DNA of 57,500 nucleotides, taken from positions 1 through 57,500 of IMG/VR virus record IMGVR_UViG_3300044252_000013; one strand, given 5' to 3'. The position numbers were made by a program, and so were the translations under genes. The first letter of the stretch is position 1; every line of letters starts with the position of its first letter. Below the pieces are notes generated by a model, which was not told where the DNA came from, made no database searches, and worked only from the letters and a program-made list of their open reading frames with translations. This document shows, piece by piece, positions 55,973-57,500 of this stretch. This DNA is from a virus. Its lineage: Duplodnaviria > Caudoviricetes.

Positions 55973-57500
55973 ATGGCAAACGAGGAAGTCCTCAGGCTCA
56001 GGGCTACGGTCGTCTCCGATCAGGCGCTTGCGGACATCCGCAAGTTCGGTCGTGAGCTTGGTATCGTCCAGCACAACAGCGGTCGCGGCGCGAAGCAGGC
56101 TGCCACCGGCTTTGACGCGCTCAGCAAAAGCATCCAGAGCGTAGGCGCGGGCTTCCAGCAGGCCATCCCCGGTCTTGGCTTGTTCGGGATGGGCGTGGCG
56201 GGCGTCGGCGTTGCCGCCGGGATGATGATCAAGTCGCTTGGCGACACGGCGAAGAAGATCACCGAGCTACGCTACGCCTCAAAAGAACTCGGCATGAGCG
56301 AGCAGGCGTTGCAGGGCTGGGCATCCGCAGCGGAGAAGGCAGGCATCGCGCCCGAAGCGATGATGTCGGGGCTGAAGAATTTCAAGCGCAACACTGAAGA
56401 CTTCTCGCTGCGCATCGGGGAGTTGCGCGGTCAGATGGTGGCGATGGGTGCGGGGCCAGTGATGGCGCGCATGAACGCCGCGACCAACCAACTCGACAAG
56501 ATGAAGGAGGCTTTCGACTTCAAGGACGTGCTGGATCAGAGTGATCCGTCAGGCGTGAAGTCGCGGCGCTTCTTCGAGATGATCGGTCTGGGCGCTGACG
56601 CAGCGCGGCTGTCATGGGCGGAGTTCAAGGCTGAGCAGGACCGCCATCCCATCCTCACCGAGGAGCAGAAGGCTGCCGCGAAGAAGTATGCGGATAGCCT
56701 CGTTGATCTGGGCACCAAGTGGGATGCGCTCAAGCAGAAGGTCGGCGTGAAGCTGTTTCCGTTCCTCGCTGACGAGTTGGACAAAGCCTCGAAGGACTTC
56801 GACAACTTCGTCAAGGAGATGCAGGGCTACTACGATACTTGGGAGAAGATGAAGAAGGGCGGTGAGGAGGGCAAGGCAGCCGCAGCCAATCAGTTCGGCA
56901 CGCAGCCGTTCGGTCCCAGCATGGACTGGATGAACCAGACGCCAGCAGAGTTGGCTCCGAAACTTCTTCAGCAGCCATTCGGGTCGAGCTTCGACTGGAT
57001 GAACATGACGCCCGGTGAGGCATGGGACAAGATCAGCAACAGCATGAGCACCGGGGCGACCCGTCTGGGTAAGGGGCCGGGGCGCGCGGCGGGCGGTCCC
57101 GTCTTTCAGAACATGGCCTACACCGTTGGCGAGAACGGACCCGAGCAGTTCATCCCGTCAACTCATGGGCGCATCGACAACGGCTCAGGCGGTGACGCCG
57201 CAGGCCAGTCGCGCATCATCCAAGTCGGCGTGTTCGACGCGCTGGTCGAGTTCAAATCCTACATCGAAGCGGGCGGCGCGGCTGGCGGCGGGCAGGGCGG
57301 CATCATCAAGGCTTCGCTGGGCGGCTCAGGCGGCGGCTACGGCGGCTCAGGCGGTGGCGGTGGGGGCGGTGGAGGTCCAAGCGGGGCAAACGCCCCGGCG
57401 GGCACGGGTGGTCAGCAGGCGTCACGACCGGGCGCGGACGGGCAGTCAGGTACCACGGACGGCGGTCCCGCCGGGGCGCAGGCTCCGGTTTCGGGCACGG
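55973..57500 (+). CDS. Tape measure protein, N-terminal part (wraps to 1293; about 897 aa in total)
   Basis: ATG 55973 after the chaperone; helical Ala/Gly-rich; RAAGGPV..Y.VGENGPE.F.P motif; open to the window end. Confidence 0.88.
   Translation, partial: MANEEVLRLRATVVSDQALADIRKFGRELGIVQHNSGRGAKQAATGFDALSKSIQSVGAGFQQAIPGLGLFGMGVAGVGVAAGMMIKSLGDTAKKITELRYASKELGMSEQALQGWASAAEKAGIAPEAMMSGLKNFKRNTEDFSLRIGELRGQMVAMGAGPVMARMNAATNQLDKMKEAFDFKDVLDQSDPSGVKSRRFFEMIGLGADAARLSWAEFKAEQDRHPILTEEQKAAAKKYADSLVDLGTKWDALKQKVGVKLFPFLADELDKASKDFDNFVKEMQGYYDTWEKMKKGGEEGKAAAANQFGTQPFGPSMDWMNQTPAELAPKLLQQPFGSSFDWMNMTPGEAWDKISNSMSTGATRLGKGPGRAAGGPVFQNMAYTVGENGPEQFIPSTHGRIDNGSGGDAAGQSRIIQVGVFDALVEFKSYIEAGGAAGGGQGGIIKASLGGSGGGYGGSGGGGGGGGGPSGANAPAGTGGQQASRPGADGQSGTTDGGPAGAQAPVSGT
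57374..57500. repeat. Terminal direct repeat copy 2
   Basis: Identical to 1-127; 127 nt matches a common assembler k-mer length. Confidence 0.95.

Noticed and set aside
57374-57500. 127-bp terminal repeat as a biological DTR
   Set aside because: It falls inside the tape-measure ORF and equals a typical assembler k-mer; a cos candidate exists elsewhere

Overview
The window is an apparently complete, circularly assembled genome (about 57,373 bp unique) of a GC-rich tailed phage. Bases 57374-57500 repeat bases 1-127, and the tape-measure ORF reads through the join. It combines a lambda-type packaging and head module (Nu1-like TerS, GpA TerL, gpW, lambda portal, ClpP protease/scaffold, decoration protein, capsid E) with a Mu-type contractile tail and baseplate, i.e. 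a myovirus. GcrA-like and GapR-like genes and alphaproteobacterial-type promoters point to an alphaproteobacterial host (inference). No integrase, transposase, ParA, tRNA or CRISPR array was recognised. A leftward recombination arm (DUF932, RecE-like, RecT-like) and a rightward replication arm (Cro, GcrA, RuvC, primase, helicase) diverge near 22.25 kb. Most notable: (1) a lambda-like cosQ/cosN candidate near 34.23 kb, separated from the terminase by a 7.7-kb leftward block; (2) this block has three near-identical promoters, shared hairpin/RBS spacers between genes, an amidoligase carrying a DUF3489-like HTH and two gamma-glutamylcyclotransferases; (3) a two-glycosyltransferase cassette between tail sheath and tail tube; (4) a five-hairpin candidate ncRNA; (5) an inverted ParB-like (DAQHR) plus HTH pair beside a hairpin-rich putative origin; (6) dense CTCAG/CTGAG clusters alongside apparent avoidance of 6-bp palindromes and GANTC. 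All family calls come from recognising motifs by eye, not from database searches.
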